63,099 nucleotides of DNA from a virus, in the IMG/VR virus record IMGVR_UViG_3300045988_090624; one strand, written 5' to 3'. The translations under genes were made by a program, and so were the position numbers. Positions 44,157 through 53,885 of the stretch are shown piece after piece. The notes under the pieces are model-generated. The model searched no databases. It was not told the DNA's origin and saw nothing but the letters and a program-made list of their open reading frames with translations. How positions within the stretch are numbered: the first letter of the stretch is position 1; every line of letters begins with the position of its first letter.

Positions 44157-45166
44157 TAACTGTCTGGAATACTCCCATAGCGGCAAGCGTGGAGCAGATC
44201 CTCAGGGATCTCAAGCTCATGCTTTTCGCTGAGGGGTTACTCAGGGATCAGAACAATACCGGATCTGATGTGATGGTTACTTGTCCATTCCACAAGGGAG
44301 GGCATGAAAGAAAGCCCTCCTGTGGTGTGAGCCTCAAGGAAAAGATAACGCCGGATAAAACCTATGAGGCTGGTACAGTCCACTGTTACACCTGTGGGTA
44401 TACCGCTGACCTCCCTACTTTTATCAGTGATCTGTTAGGGATGGGAAACCCTATGGAGGGTTTTAAGTGGCTGGTAGGACATTACAACTACTCAGCAAAT
44501 GACCGGGAAGAGATTCAGTTTAATTTCTTCCGGGGAACTGATGAGGGACAGGTAGCCGCTATGGATGAGGGAGAGGTTGAGGAGTATCACAAGAACCTTT
44601 TGAGAAGTTCAAAAGCTCAGAACTATCTCAGGGGGAGATGTATAAGCCGGGATGTGATGGAGATTTACAACTTAGGTTTTGATCCAGCGGATGAGGTGGT
44701 CTTATTCCCGGTCTACTCCAGAAAGGGAGATGTGCTCTTTTACAAGAGCCGCTCACTGGTGGGAAAGCACTTCTTTAATGCAAAGGACATAGACAAGACC
44801 GCCGCTGTTTACGGACTCTATCAGACCTTAGAGGCAAAGATCCCGGACAGTACAGAGATCTGGTTAGTGGAAAGTGAGATAGATGCTCTGAGCCTTGTTT
44901 CTAAAGGTATTTTAGCGTGGGCTTTCATGGGATCGGATATCTCAGAAAAGCAGATTAAGGAAATGTGTCAGAGCCCTTATAGGAGATTTGTCATAGCTAC
45001 AGACAATGACGAAGCCGGGAGGAAAGTGGCAAGACGGATAAAAGACAAGCTCATACCTTTAGGCTTTCGCTTTTTTAATCTCAAGTGGCTTACAGATCTC
45101 AAGGATGTAAATGAGCTGATTCAGAATTACGGAGATGATTTTGAGGATTATCTCCAAAGGTATTAA
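44153..45166 (+). CDS. dnaG: DNA primase (CHC2 zinc finger plus TOPRIM)
   Basis: The zinc finger is CPFHKGGHERKPSC...CYTCGY. The TOPRIM motifs are LVESEIDALS and ATDNDEAGRK. Confidence 0.8.
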   Translation: MITVWNTPIAASVEQILRDLKLMLFAEGLLRDQNNTGSDVMVTCPFHKGGHERKPSCGVSLKEKITPDKTYEAGTVHCYTCGYTADLPTFISDLLGMGNPMEGFKWLVGHYNYSANDREEIQFNFFRGTDEGQVAAMDEGEVEEYHKNLLRSSKAQNYLRGRCISRDVMEIYNLGFDPADEVVLFPVYSRKGDVLFYKSRSLVGKHFFNAKDIDKTAAVYGLYQTLEAKIPDSTEIWLVESEIDALSLVSKGILAWAFMGSDISEKQIKEMCQSPYRRFVIATDNDEAGRKVARRIKDKLIPLGFRFFNLKWLTDLKDVNELIQNYGDDFEDYLQRY

Positions 45167-45182
45167 ACAGGAGGAAAACAGG

Positions 45183-45794
45183 ATGAGAACAGGATTATAT
45201 AAAGGATTAAGCAATGAGGAACTGGTAGAACTGTACAAGGCTGGAGATACAGAGGCTTTTGATGAGCTGATGAAAAAGACTGAGGCACTGAGAAGCTCTT
45301 TAGCTCAGAGATACTTAAACATTCCGGGTAGTGAGTTTGAGGATCTGATGAGTGAGGGAGCTATAGAGATGCTCTCAGCTATCCAGAATTTTGACAGAAA
45401 AAACTACAGCTCCTCTTTTAGCACGTTTTTGTACTCAGCTATCTCCCGTCATTATAACGATATGTTTACAGCGGCGGTTTGTGAAAAGAGAAATCCGGGC
45501 TGTTTTGTACAGAGCTATGAACAGGTTAATTCTAACTCAGAATATGAGGAAGATGGAGACAGCTTAGGATCATCTGAGTTCTCTGTAGAGTGCGAAGATT
45601 ACAGCATGGTAGAGATTAGAGATCTTATAAGCAGACTCAAGCTCTCAAATACTGAGAGAATCGTGGTTAATCTCCTGATGGCTGGAAACAGCAAGCCGGA
45701 CATTGCCCGGAAACTGGGAGTAAAAACCCCGTCTGTACATAACTACGTTAAGCGTATCGGAACAAAAATAAATTTAGCTGGTGCATATGTCTAA
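45183..45794 (+). CDS. Phage-encoded sigma-70-family sigma factor
   Basis: Region-2-like AFDELMKK...FEDLMSEGAIEMLSAIQNFD and region-4 HTH SKPDIARKLGVKTPSVHNYVKRI. ATG at 45183 follows AGGAGG. Confidence 0.75.
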   Translation: MRTGLYKGLSNEELVELYKAGDTEAFDELMKKTEALRSSLAQRYLNIPGSEFEDLMSEGAIEMLSAIQNFDRKNYSSSFSTFLYSAISRHYNDMFTAAVCEKRNPGCFVQSYEQVNSNSEYEEDGDSLGSSEFSVECEDYSMVEIRDLISRLKLSNTERIVVNLLMAGNSKPDIARKLGVKTPSVHNYVKRIGTKINLAGAYV

Positions 45795-45821
45795 AAAACA
45801 GCCTCCTCTCTGGTTAATACT
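45788..45821 (+). promoter_or_regulatory. Conserved element A, copy 8 (overlaps the sigma gene stop codon)
   Basis: TGTCTAAA at 45788 and GGTTAATACT at 45812. Confidence 0.45.
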
Positions 45822-45857
45822 ATTTGAAACAAGACAACAGGAGAGGAGGTAATACAC

Positions 45858-46022
45858 ATGAGAAAGCGTTTAAATGTTTTACTGGCACTGGTTACGGGAA
45901 AGGCTATTGTGATTGCTCAAAGTCCTGAGGAAAAAGTAGCGGATGTGTTAGTAGGAAAGAATGTTTCTAAGAAGTATGCAGTCAGTAGCCTGTATAGCAC
46001 TTTAAAGGCTATGGCACTGTAA
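45858..46022 (+). CDS. Hypothetical small protein (54 aa)
   Basis: GAGGAGG RBS 8 nt upstream of the ATG. Too short for the ORF track. Confidence 0.45.
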   Translation: MRKRLNVLLALVTGKAIVIAQSPEEKVADVLVGKNVSKKYAVSSLYSTLKAMAL

Positions 46023-46059
46023 ATATAAAACAAAACAAAAACAGGAGGATACAGGAACA

Positions 46060-46704
46060 ATGGGAAAATCATTAGGAGATTTAATTAACAAATATGAAAA
46101 TCAGGGATCTAAGGCTGGTTGGTTTTCACTGAAAGATGATGGGGACTCAGCTACAGTCAGAATGTTACACAAGGGAGCTATCGGTACTGAGCCGGACGGA
46201 TCCCCTAAGTATGATCTGGATGTATATGAGGTACATAAGCTGGATGTTGATGGATCAGGAAGAGACAGAACTGTACTTTGTAAGGGAGAGGGTTGTGAGC
46301 TCTGTAAAGCTGGAATTAAGTCACAGCTCAGAATGTTCTTACAGATGATTAACCTTGATGAGAAAGACAGCACCAAACAGCTCCAGCTCTGGGAGAGAGG
46401 TCTTACTGATATTAAGCAGATCTTAGGGATCATTGAGGAGTACGGAGATCTCAACGCAAGAGACATTAAGATTAAGAGATCCGGGGCTAAGGGTAGTCTG
46501 AAAACTACTTATCAGTATTTCCCAAAAGATAAGAGCGAAAGAGAGTTACCTGAGAGACAGGATCTTGTAGGCTCCCTGATCTTAGACTTATCTCCTGAGG
46601 ATCAGATCAAGGCTATTGAGGGCAGACTTGAAGTAAAGAAGAATAACAACAATGAGGGCGGCGGCTCATCTGATGGAGCTGGAGACAGTACCAGAGTATT
46701 CTAA
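46060..46704 (+). CDS. Hypothetical protein, possibly a single-stranded-DNA-binding protein
   Basis: It lies between the primase/sigma genes and the polymerase gene. It has a Cys pair (CKGEGCELC) and a Gly/Asn-rich flexible tail. The function is a guess. Confidence 0.3.
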   Translation: MGKSLGDLINKYENQGSKAGWFSLKDDGDSATVRMLHKGAIGTEPDGSPKYDLDVYEVHKLDVDGSGRDRTVLCKGEGCELCKAGIKSQLRMFLQMINLDEKDSTKQLQLWERGLTDIKQILGIIEEYGDLNARDIKIKRSGAKGSLKTTYQYFPKDKSERELPERQDLVGSLILDLSPEDQIKAIEGRLEVKKNNNNEGGGSSDGAGDSTRVF

Positions 46705-46855
46705 TTAAAAGTTAATCTCTTGGCAGACAAAACATAAAGGAGCGGAGTGATAGGTATAAGTGTAAAAGTATTTTACCGCCTAAATATATCCTAACATACA
46801 GCTAAATGGGCTCATTGAGAGATAACCTCTATAAAGCTGGGAAATGAGGTGAGAG

Positions 46856-46890
46856 TGAGGGGTAAAAGTAATAGCCCCTCATTTTTTTTT
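46856..46890 (+). terminator. Rho-independent terminator
   Basis: TGAGGGG pairs with CCCCTCA, followed by T9. Confidence 0.7.
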
Positions 46891-46906
46891 ACAGGAGGAA
46901 AACAGG

Positions 46907-49075
46907 ATGAGTAGAAAAGAATTGGAGTTAAACATGGAAAGAGAAGAGGTTAGCATGGATGATATTAGCTCACGCCTTTCTCATAATAAGGTTTGTAATG
47001 TAACAGTAAAGAGAAATAAGAATAAGCTGGAGAACGCTCTTGCAGTTATTCAGGAGCTTGTAAAATCTGGCAGACTCCACGCAGAGGGAGAGGTTGAAAC
47101 TATAAGGACTCCAGAGAGATTAAAGGAGTACATGGATCACTGTAAGCAGTCCGGGGAGTATGTACTGGACGTAGAGACAACAGGGTTAGATATTTACAAT
47201 GATATCCTTGTGGGTATCTGTTTATACACTCCGGGAGAGACAAGTGCTTATGTTCCATTTAATCACACAGATCTCCAGAATGTAAGAGTTGCGGATCAGA
47301 TGAGTGAGGAGCAAGTGAGTGATATAGTGATCCCTTATTTACAGGATCAGGAGCTTAGATGTATTAACCACAATATCAAGTTTGATAATAAGAAACTGGC
47401 GTGGGATTGGAAACAGATCATAGTAAATATTTACTGGGATACCCTGATAGCTGGTTATGTCTTAAATGAAAATGAGCCTCACGGATTGAAGCCACTCTAT
47501 AACAAGTACATCCTCCACGGTAAAGGATCCTCTGAGGATTATGGGGATCTGTTTGAGGGGATCCCATTTAACTATGTTCCTATTGAGGTAGCTACTGTAT
47601 ATGGTGCGAATGATGGATTTAAGACCTATGCTCTGTATAAATTTCAGGCTCAGTACCTTAGAGAAGATCATCCCCGTGAGGACTTTAGAAAAATGTATTA
47701 TGTTTTCCGTGAGGTAGAGATGCCTCTGATCCCACTCTGTACAGACATGGAAATGAGAGGGGTAGAGATTAGAGAGGATTTTGCTAAGGAGCTGTCAGAG
47801 GATTTTAACAAGGAACTGGTAGAGGTAGAGGCTAAGTGTGATGTTTATGTGGAACAGTTTAAACAATACATACTGGATCACAATAACCTGATGAGACTCA
47901 CAAAGGGTACTTGTAAGATTAACTACAGTAGTCCTCAACAGGTGGCGGCTTTATTCTATGACATTTTCAAGCTGAGGAGTGTAAGCCGTAAAGAGCCACG
48001 GGGGACAGGAGATAAGATCATACAGAAATTTCTCAGTACAGCGAAAAAGAAAGATACAAAGAAATCAAGAGAGTTTGCTGAGTTTCTGGAGAATTATCAG
48101 AGATTTAAGGAAATCAAAAAGCTGTTAGGAACCTATGTGGATAAGATCCCTCAGGTGAAAGAGCCTAAGATCAATGCAGTATATACCACCTATAACCAGT
48201 ACGGGGCAAAGACGGGAAGATTTTCAAGCTCTGATACAGTAAGTAAAATCAATCTCCAGAATATCCCGTCAAAGGAGAAGAGGATCAGGAAGATCTTTAA
48301 AGCCCGTGATGGGTATAAGCTGGTGGGTGGAGACTTCTCACAGATTGAGCCCCGTGTACTGGCTTTCCTGTCAGGTGATGAGAGTATGATTAACGCCTAC
48401 AAAGAGGGAAAAGATCTTTATGCTATCATGGGATCTCAGGTGTATCAGTTACCTTATGAGGACTGTAGAGAGTTTTATCCTGATGGAACTGTAAACGCTG
48501 AGGGTAAACACAGACGTACAACTATGAAGAGTGTACTCTTAGGTATCATGTATGAGCGTGGAGCTACAGCCATTGGAGAACAGTTTAATAAGAGTGCTGA
48601 GTGGGCTCAGCAGTTGATTGATAACTTTTACAAGAGCTTTCCTAAGATTAACCAGTACCGCCTTAAGATTGAAAATATGGCTGAGACTTATGGTTATGTA
48701 ACTACTATCACAGGAAGAAAAAGAAGATTGCCGGATATGCAGTTAGAGGATAAAGATGATTACAGATATCAGGAGGCTCACAGACAGAGCCTTAACTCAG
48801 TAATACAGGGATCCTCAGCGGATATCATGAAACTCTCCATGATTGCTATTTACAATGATCCACGGTACAAGGCTCTGGATTGTCACATGATTATTACCGT
48901 ACATGATGAGTTAATCATGGAAGTACCTGAGGATCATATTAAAGAGGGAGCTGAGCTCTTAGTGGGAACAATGAAGAGAGTAGGACATAGCCTGATTGAT
49001 CTCCCTATGAGTGTGGATGCTGAGGTTAATGATTACTGGTATGGTGAGAATTTAGCCGAGAAATATGGGGTATAA
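46907..49075 (+). CDS. polA: Family A DNA polymerase with a 3'-5' exonuclease domain
   Basis: ExoI is VLDVETTGLD, motif A is GGDFSQIEPRVLA, motif B is RRTTMKSVLLGIMYERG and motif C is VHDELIME. Confidence 0.9.
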   Translation: MSRKELELNMEREEVSMDDISSRLSHNKVCNVTVKRNKNKLENALAVIQELVKSGRLHAEGEVETIRTPERLKEYMDHCKQSGEYVLDVETTGLDIYNDILVGICLYTPGETSAYVPFNHTDLQNVRVADQMSEEQVSDIVIPYLQDQELRCINHNIKFDNKKLAWDWKQIIVNIYWDTLIAGYVLNENEPHGLKPLYNKYILHGKGSSEDYGDLFEGIPFNYVPIEVATVYGANDGFKTYALYKFQAQYLREDHPREDFRKMYYVFREVEMPLIPLCTDMEMRGVEIREDFAKELSEDFNKELVEVEAKCDVYVEQFKQYILDHNNLMRLTKGTCKINYSSPQQVAALFYDIFKLRSVSRKEPRGTGDKIIQKFLSTAKKKDTKKSREFAEFLENYQRFKEIKKLLGTYVDKIPQVKEPKINAVYTTYNQYGAKTGRFSSSDTVSKINLQNIPSKEKRIRKIFKARDGYKLVGGDFSQIEPRVLAFLSGDESMINAYKEGKDLYAIMGSQVYQLPYEDCREFYPDGTVNAEGKHRRTTMKSVLLGIMYERGATAIGEQFNKSAEWAQQLIDNFYKSFPKINQYRLKIENMAETYGYVTTITGRKRRLPDMQLEDKDDYRYQEAHRQSLNSVIQGSSADIMKLSMIAIYNDPRYKALDCHMIITVHDELIMEVPEDHIKEGAELLVGTMKRVGHSLIDLPMSVDAEVNDYWYGENLAEKYGV

Positions 49076-49373
49076 GGAGGACATTATGTTTTTATTTAAG
49101 AGTATTGATGAGAAAATTGAGGAAATGGGATTTAAAAAGATCAATGAGGATAAGTATGGAGTTGAGTATGAGAGATATAGTGAAGAGTATAAATATACTC
49201 AGCGTGTTTCTATTTTACATAAAGCCTCTGGCAGACATATTTTACAGTCTTATGATACGGGGTTATTTGATAGTAAGGGGATTGGAAATACTTGTGTAGG
49301 TCTTTCTGGTTATGAGATGAAATTGTTTTATAAGAAAATGAAGCAGATGGGATATGTTACGAAAGGTGTATAA
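49065..49373 (+). CDS. Hypothetical protein
   Basis: Overlaps the polA end. Co-directional. Confidence 0.5.
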   Translation: MGYKEDIMFLFKSIDEKIEEMGFKKINEDKYGVEYERYSEEYKYTQRVSILHKASGRHILQSYDTGLFDSKGIGNTCVGLSGYEMKLFYKKMKQMGYVTKGV

Positions 49374-49375
49374 GT

Positions 49376-49570
49376 ATGAAGCTGAAAAGTAACAGATTTG
49401 CAGTAATCCCGGTCATGTGTTCTCATTGTAAAAGATATGTCTGGATGGAGCCTTATAGATCTGGAGAAACGTGGAACAAGTTTATAGATCGGTTTGTAAA
49501 GATCCGGCTCTGTAATGAGTGTGTTGGGAGATACGGAGTAGGAGGCACTGATGAAAAGAGTAATAATTGA
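49376..49570 (+). CDS. Small zinc-ribbon-like protein
   Basis: CSHC...CNEC pairs. Confidence 0.5.
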   Translation: MKLKSNRFAVIPVMCSHCKRYVWMEPYRSGETWNKFIDRFVKIRLCNECVGRYGVGGTDEKSNN

Positions 49571-49724
49571 TATACCGGATGAGTACGCCGGAGCGGTAAG
49601 TGTAACAGCTATAGGAGTAGGTCAGGTAGGAATGAGATCAGAGGCTCATATAAAAACCACTGTAGTTGTGCTGGAGGGAGAATGTACAGAGATAAAACTG
49701 GAGGCTGAGGAAAGATATGTTTAG
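49551..49724 (+). CDS. Hypothetical small protein (57 aa)
   Basis: GGAGG upstream. It overlaps both neighbours and is too short for the ORF track. Confidence 0.4.
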   Translation: MKRVIIDIPDEYAGAVSVTAIGVGQVGMRSEAHIKTTVVVLEGECTEIKLEAEERYV

Positions 49725-50088
49725 TACAGATAATTTACAGGCTGGAGATAAAGTGGTAGTAGTTATCAGTGATACTTTCTCAGGAATTGGAAAGTATATA
49801 GGTACAGTTATAAAGAAAACTCCCTCAGGGATGGTAGATGTTAGGTGTTGTGGTGATATTTCCAGATATAAAAGAGATGGGGATGAGTATGGTAAGAGAG
49901 ATCCGTATAGTAGGCGGCGAAAGTATCTGATAGAATCTACAGAGGAAGAACAGAAGAAAATAGCTTTACAGAGAAAGAGATCTCAGATGGAGGCATATCT
50001 TAAAGATTATAAATATGCTGATCTCAGTTATGAAGATCTGGAAAATGTTTATAAGATGCTGGAGGCATTAAAGGAAAAGAGCTCATAA
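49717..50088 (+). CDS. Hypothetical protein
   Basis: Co-directional and followed by a terminator. Confidence 0.55.
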   Translation: MFSTDNLQAGDKVVVVISDTFSGIGKYIGTVIKKTPSGMVDVRCCGDISRYKRDGDEYGKRDPYSRRRKYLIESTEEEQKKIALQRKRSQMEAYLKDYKYADLSYEDLENVYKMLEALKEKSS

Positions 50089-50103
50089 GGGCTCTTTTTT
50101 TTT
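50077..50103 (+). terminator. Rho-independent terminator overlapping the stop codon
   Basis: AAGAGC pairs with GCTCTT, followed by a T-run. Confidence 0.55.
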
Positions 50104-50108
50104 CTTTG

Positions 50109-50142
50109 TGTCTAAAAAAGCCGTTTTTTTTTTGTTATTACT
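50109..50142 (+). promoter_or_regulatory. Conserved element A, copy 9 (degenerate: TGTTATTACT)
   Basis: TGTCTAAA at 50109, 24-nt register. Confidence 0.45.
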
Positions 50143-50169
50143 TAAAAATGAAAAACGGAGGAAACAGTT

Positions 50170-51171
50170 ATGAACATAGGGCTAATTGATGTTGATTCAC
50201 ATAATTTTCCTAACTTGCCGCTTATGAAACTATCTCAGTATCATAAAAGTATAGGTGATTCAGTGGAGTTTGTACAATGGGGTGAGGAAGATAAAAGACC
50301 TGTAAGTAAATATTATGATAAGGTTTATATGAGTAAGGTATTTACAGAGAGTAAGGATCCTACTGGTGAGATTAGATGTGGAGAGTTGGTTAGAGGTGGA
50401 TCCGGTTATGATTTGATAAATAGCTTACCTGATGAGGTAGAGCATATTTACCCTGATTACTCTTTATATCCAGATTATAAATTTGCTCTTGGATTTCTTA
50501 CCCGTGGCTGTCCCCGGTGTAATCATACATTTTGTATAACTCCTAAAAAAGATGGGGCAGTATCAAGAAAGGTAGCAGATCTTACAGAGTTTTGGAGAGG
50601 TCAGGAGGAGATAATCTTATTAGATCAAAACTTGTTAGCGTGTAAAGACAGGCTATATTTATTGGATCAGTTAGCAAGATCAAAGAGTTATGTAGAGTTT
50701 AATGGGGGACTTGATATAAGATATTTAACTCCTGAGGTAGCGGTGTTACTTAAAAGGATCAAAATGAAAGATTTACATTTTGCATGGGATGATCCGAAAG
50801 AGGATTTATATGAGAAATTTGTTTATTTCAAGTCAGCTAAAATATTTTCTCCTCATAATACTGGGGTGTATGTTTTAGTAAATTATTGGAGCTCAATAGA
50901 AGAGGATCTTTACAGAGTTGAGAAGTTAAAAGAGCTTGGGTATGCTCCTTTTGTAATGATCTATGATAAACAGTGTTTTGTTGATAGTAAAGGGAGATGG
51001 TTAAGGGGCATAGAGGATAAATTTACCACAGAACAATTAAGACATTTTAAAATCTGTCAGCATTTACAAAGGTGGTGTAATAGCCGGGCAATATCAAAAA
51101 GCTGTAGGTTTGATGAGTATTTACCTTACTTAAGATGGATAGAAAAAGGGAAACCAGTACCGGGGATCTGA
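50170..51171 (+). CDS. Radical-SAM-like / B12-binding-like protein with an atypical Cys motif
   Basis: The N-terminal Rossmann-like segment is IGLIDVD...LMKLSQYHKSIGDSVEF, followed by FLTRGCPRCNHTFC. That spacing is CxxCxxxxC, not the canonical CxxxCxxC. Confidence 0.35.
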   Translation: MNIGLIDVDSHNFPNLPLMKLSQYHKSIGDSVEFVQWGEEDKRPVSKYYDKVYMSKVFTESKDPTGEIRCGELVRGGSGYDLINSLPDEVEHIYPDYSLYPDYKFALGFLTRGCPRCNHTFCITPKKDGAVSRKVADLTEFWRGQEEIILLDQNLLACKDRLYLLDQLARSKSYVEFNGGLDIRYLTPEVAVLLKRIKMKDLHFAWDDPKEDLYEKFVYFKSAKIFSPHNTGVYVLVNYWSSIEEDLYRVEKLKELGYAPFVMIYDKQCFVDSKGRWLRGIEDKFTTEQLRHFKICQHLQRWCNSRAISKSCRFDEYLPYLRWIEKGKPVPGI

Positions 51172-51189
51172 AAGGATCCCTTTTCTTTT
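51162..51189 (+). terminator. Rho-independent terminator
   Basis: GGGATC pairs with GATCCC, followed by a T-rich run. Confidence 0.55.
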
Positions 51190-51222
51190 TGTCTAAATTT
51201 CTTTTCAGATCTGGTTATCACT
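51190..51222 (+). promoter_or_regulatory. Conserved element A, copy 10
   Basis: TGTCTAAA at 51190 and GGTTATCACT at 51213. Confidence 0.55.
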
Positions 51223-51253
51223 CAGTGAATATAAAAAAGGAGGATACAGGATC

Positions 51254-52105
51254 ATGGGATTATCAAGTTTGATTAAGGTAGCTCAGGGAAAGAACGCCGC
51301 TAACGTATCCTTTGAGGATGCTTTTCTTAAAGGGTATGAGGCGGCTGTAGTTAAGTATGAGGAAGAACATAAACAGCCTATCCCGGCTGATTATTTCCGT
51401 CCCTCTTCTATGTATGGATGTGAGAGGATGCTTTATTTCATGAGAATAGGAGAGGAACAGGATAAGGAGGAGCATGATATAAACCTTATGGAGATTTGTC
51501 ACTCCGGGACAGATAGACATTTACGGATCCAGCACCTTGTAGAGTCTATGGAGGGAGTAAAAACTCTGGATCTGGAGGAGATGGTAAAAGAGGCTCAGGC
51601 AAAAGGAGTAAATACAGACTTTGTAGGATGGAATGAAGATCATACAGAGGCAAGATGTAAAAATGATGAGCTGAGTATCTGGTTTCAACCTGATGGAGTC
51701 TTAAATTTCATGGGTAAGGATGTGATCTTAGAGATTAAGACAGAAAGTACCTATCAGCACTCTAAAAGATATGAGCCTAAAATGGATCATAAGTATCAGG
51801 CTACTTGTTACGGGCTGGGGCTGGGAATTGATTACATACTTTTCTTTTATGAGGATCGTAATTTCTGTAGTAAAAAGCCTTACCTCTGGAAGATCACTGA
51901 TGAGATGAAAGATGAGGTAATAAGAAAGATACACCGTGTAAACTCTTATTTGCACCGTAGAGAGGCTCCTCCGGCTGATAAGGATAAATGTACTTATTGC
52001 AGATATAAAGAGGCGTGTAAGCGGCTTGAGAATGCTCAGAGAGAACGAGAGATAGCTGATACATATATTCCTCCTGTAGGAGAGGAGGGTTGGTTTAATG
52101 GCTGA
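51254..52105 (+). CDS. PD-(D/E)XK exonuclease of the Cas4/RecB type with an Fe-S Cys cluster
   Basis: An N-terminal Cys (MYGCERM), a D...ExK core (PDGV...ILEIKTES) and a C-terminal CTYCRYKEAC. Confidence 0.7.
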   Translation: MGLSSLIKVAQGKNAANVSFEDAFLKGYEAAVVKYEEEHKQPIPADYFRPSSMYGCERMLYFMRIGEEQDKEEHDINLMEICHSGTDRHLRIQHLVESMEGVKTLDLEEMVKEAQAKGVNTDFVGWNEDHTEARCKNDELSIWFQPDGVLNFMGKDVILEIKTESTYQHSKRYEPKMDHKYQATCYGLGLGIDYILFFYEDRNFCSKKPYLWKITDEMKDEVIRKIHRVNSYLHRREAPPADKDKCTYCRYKEACKRLENAQREREIADTYIPPVGEEGWFNG

Positions 52106-52583
52106 GAGAAAGAAGAACATGGGAAAGGTCTTTGAGAAAGAGTTTAAGGACAGTGTCCCGGCTGATTGCTTTCTTGAAAGATACAAAGATGATACAAGTG
52201 GTTTTTATGGGGTAAGTAATCCGGCTGACTTCCGGTTATATAAATTTCCTGTATTGATTCTCTTAGAGCTTAAGACTCACAAGGGTAAGAGCCTCCCTCT
52301 GGCAAAGATCAGAGAGAGTCAGTTAAAGGGAATGATAAGGGCTGTAAATTATCTGGGAGTCTATGGAGGGTATATGGTAAACTTCCGGGATCTGGAGGAG
52401 ACATATTTTCTCTCTGTAGGATATGTGGAGAATTTTGTAAAAGCTGGAGAGAGAAAGAGTATCCCTATAGAGTTCTTTAGAGAGCATGGTATCAGGATCC
52501 CGTCAGAGAAGAAAAGAACCCTGTACAGATATGACCTGAGCTCATGGCTTAAAAGATATGAGTTAAGTGTGGAGGTGAGATAG
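52098..52583 (+). CDS. RecU-like Holliday junction resolvase / PD-(D/E)XK nuclease
   Basis: D...ELK core (PADFRLYK...ILLELKTHKG). Size is 161 aa. Confidence 0.45.
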   Translation: MAERKKNMGKVFEKEFKDSVPADCFLERYKDDTSGFYGVSNPADFRLYKFPVLILLELKTHKGKSLPLAKIRESQLKGMIRAVNYLGVYGGYMVNFRDLEETYFLSVGYVENFVKAGERKSIPIEFFREHGIRIPSEKKRTLYRYDLSSWLKRYELSVEVR

Positions 52584-52901
52584 GTGGGAGTGTTAATGGA
52601 TATTAGTCAGGTTGGAAAGCATTGTGAGACAAAGGCAGACAGTACCCTTAATAACATGAAGAAAGCGGATCTGATCCAGTATATAAGAACCTTAGAGCAC
52701 AATTACAATGTTGCTGTAGATTTTAACATCCAGCAAGTGAAAAACTTTCAGAGGATGGAGGACAGGATTGTAAAAGAGCTGGAGGGGTGCGGTATTGTAA
52801 TGTCTACTGAGAGTGTCCCTCACAGATATTTTAAGGCGGTAAGCGTAAAGAGAGCCGTGGACATTGTGAGGAGAGGAGGAGTATCTCATGGGAGTAAATA
52901 A
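52584..52901 (+). CDS. Hypothetical protein
   Basis: Co-directional. The start could be GTG 52584 or ATG 52596. Confidence 0.45.
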   Translation: MGVLMDISQVGKHCETKADSTLNNMKKADLIQYIRTLEHNYNVAVDFNIQQVKNFQRMEDRIVKELEGCGIVMSTESVPHRYFKAVSVKRAVDIVRRGGVSHGSK

Positions 52902-53169
52902 GACGGTAGTTACAAAGTGGTTAGAGGATAGTGGATTTACTAAGTGGGCTGTATGTAGAAATGGTTACAATACAGAGGATCAGTATATAGATGGGGATGG
53001 TATTAACATCTGGATTAACTGGGAGTCTGGTAACTTCCGTTTTGCGTGGGTGATTCCTCATACAGTGTTTAAAATTGTAAGCGGTGATATGTCTCCTGTA
53101 TGGAGATTGGATCATCTGGAGAAGATGTATAACAAATTTTTACGGGAGGTTACAGTTCATGGCAAGTAG
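52888..53169 (+). CDS. Hypothetical protein
   Basis: Overlapping and co-directional. Confidence 0.45.
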   Translation: MGVNKTVVTKWLEDSGFTKWAVCRNGYNTEDQYIDGDGINIWINWESGNFRFAWVIPHTVFKIVSGDMSPVWRLDHLEKMYNKFLREVTVHGK

Positions 53170-53701
53170 TGAGAAGCTCAAAAAGCTGATTGAAGAAGTC
53201 CGGGAGGAGAGCTCTGTAGCTGTACAGTTTAGTGAGAAACTTACAAAAGAATACAGTGAGGATCTTGATAACGCTATTAAGGAGCTGGAGGTTATCATGG
53301 ACAGCATTGGAGAGAGCTCTATAGAGGATATTCCAGATACACAGCTTGAGTATTATTGTGTTAAGATCCCGGCTCTCATGTATAGAGCTGGGGTGAAGCT
53401 GGAAGAGTTTGGACTTATGGCAGATATAAGCTCCAGTCAGAAAAGACAGGAATACAATGAGGCAATGTTAAAGGTATCCGGGACAGTACAGGAAAGAAAG
53501 GCAAGAGTAGAACAGCTCACAGAGGATAAGGCTCTTGTAGAGGTTATTTATAAGAGAACCTATAACAGCCTGAGAGGAAAGCTGGATATGGCTGAGAAGA
53601 TGTATAGCGGCTTAAAGAAAGCCTTATCTAAGAGAATCTCAGAGAGTGATCTGGATAGGTTCAGTAAAGACAGTTATGTGAGGAGAAATGAGGAGGATTA
53701 A
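53159..53701 (+). CDS. Coiled-coil protein
   Basis: ATG at 53159 (MASSEKLKKLIEE...) is preferred over the longer track ORF from 53084. Confidence 0.5.
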   Translation: MASSEKLKKLIEEVREESSVAVQFSEKLTKEYSEDLDNAIKELEVIMDSIGESSIEDIPDTQLEYYCVKIPALMYRAGVKLEEFGLMADISSSQKRQEYNEAMLKVSGTVQERKARVEQLTEDKALVEVIYKRTYNSLRGKLDMAEKMYSGLKKALSKRISESDLDRFSKDSYVRRNEED

Positions 53702-53885
53702 GATGAGTGAAAAGAGATATGAGGTATTAGATGAGTGTAACCATGTGATTGCTACAGAGATGGATCTTAGAACAGCTTTGCTGTTAATGAAAGCCTTTTG
53801 TGAGGAGTATTACATGGAAACAGTTAAGTTGACTTTAAAAGAACTGGATAGATGTGATACGGATAAGGAGGCTAAACGGGAATGA
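53688..53885 (+). CDS. Hypothetical protein
   Basis: Overlapping and co-directional. Confidence 0.45.
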   Translation: MRRIKMSEKRYEVLDECNHVIATEMDLRTALLLMKAFCEEYYMETVKLTLKELDRCDTDKEAKRE

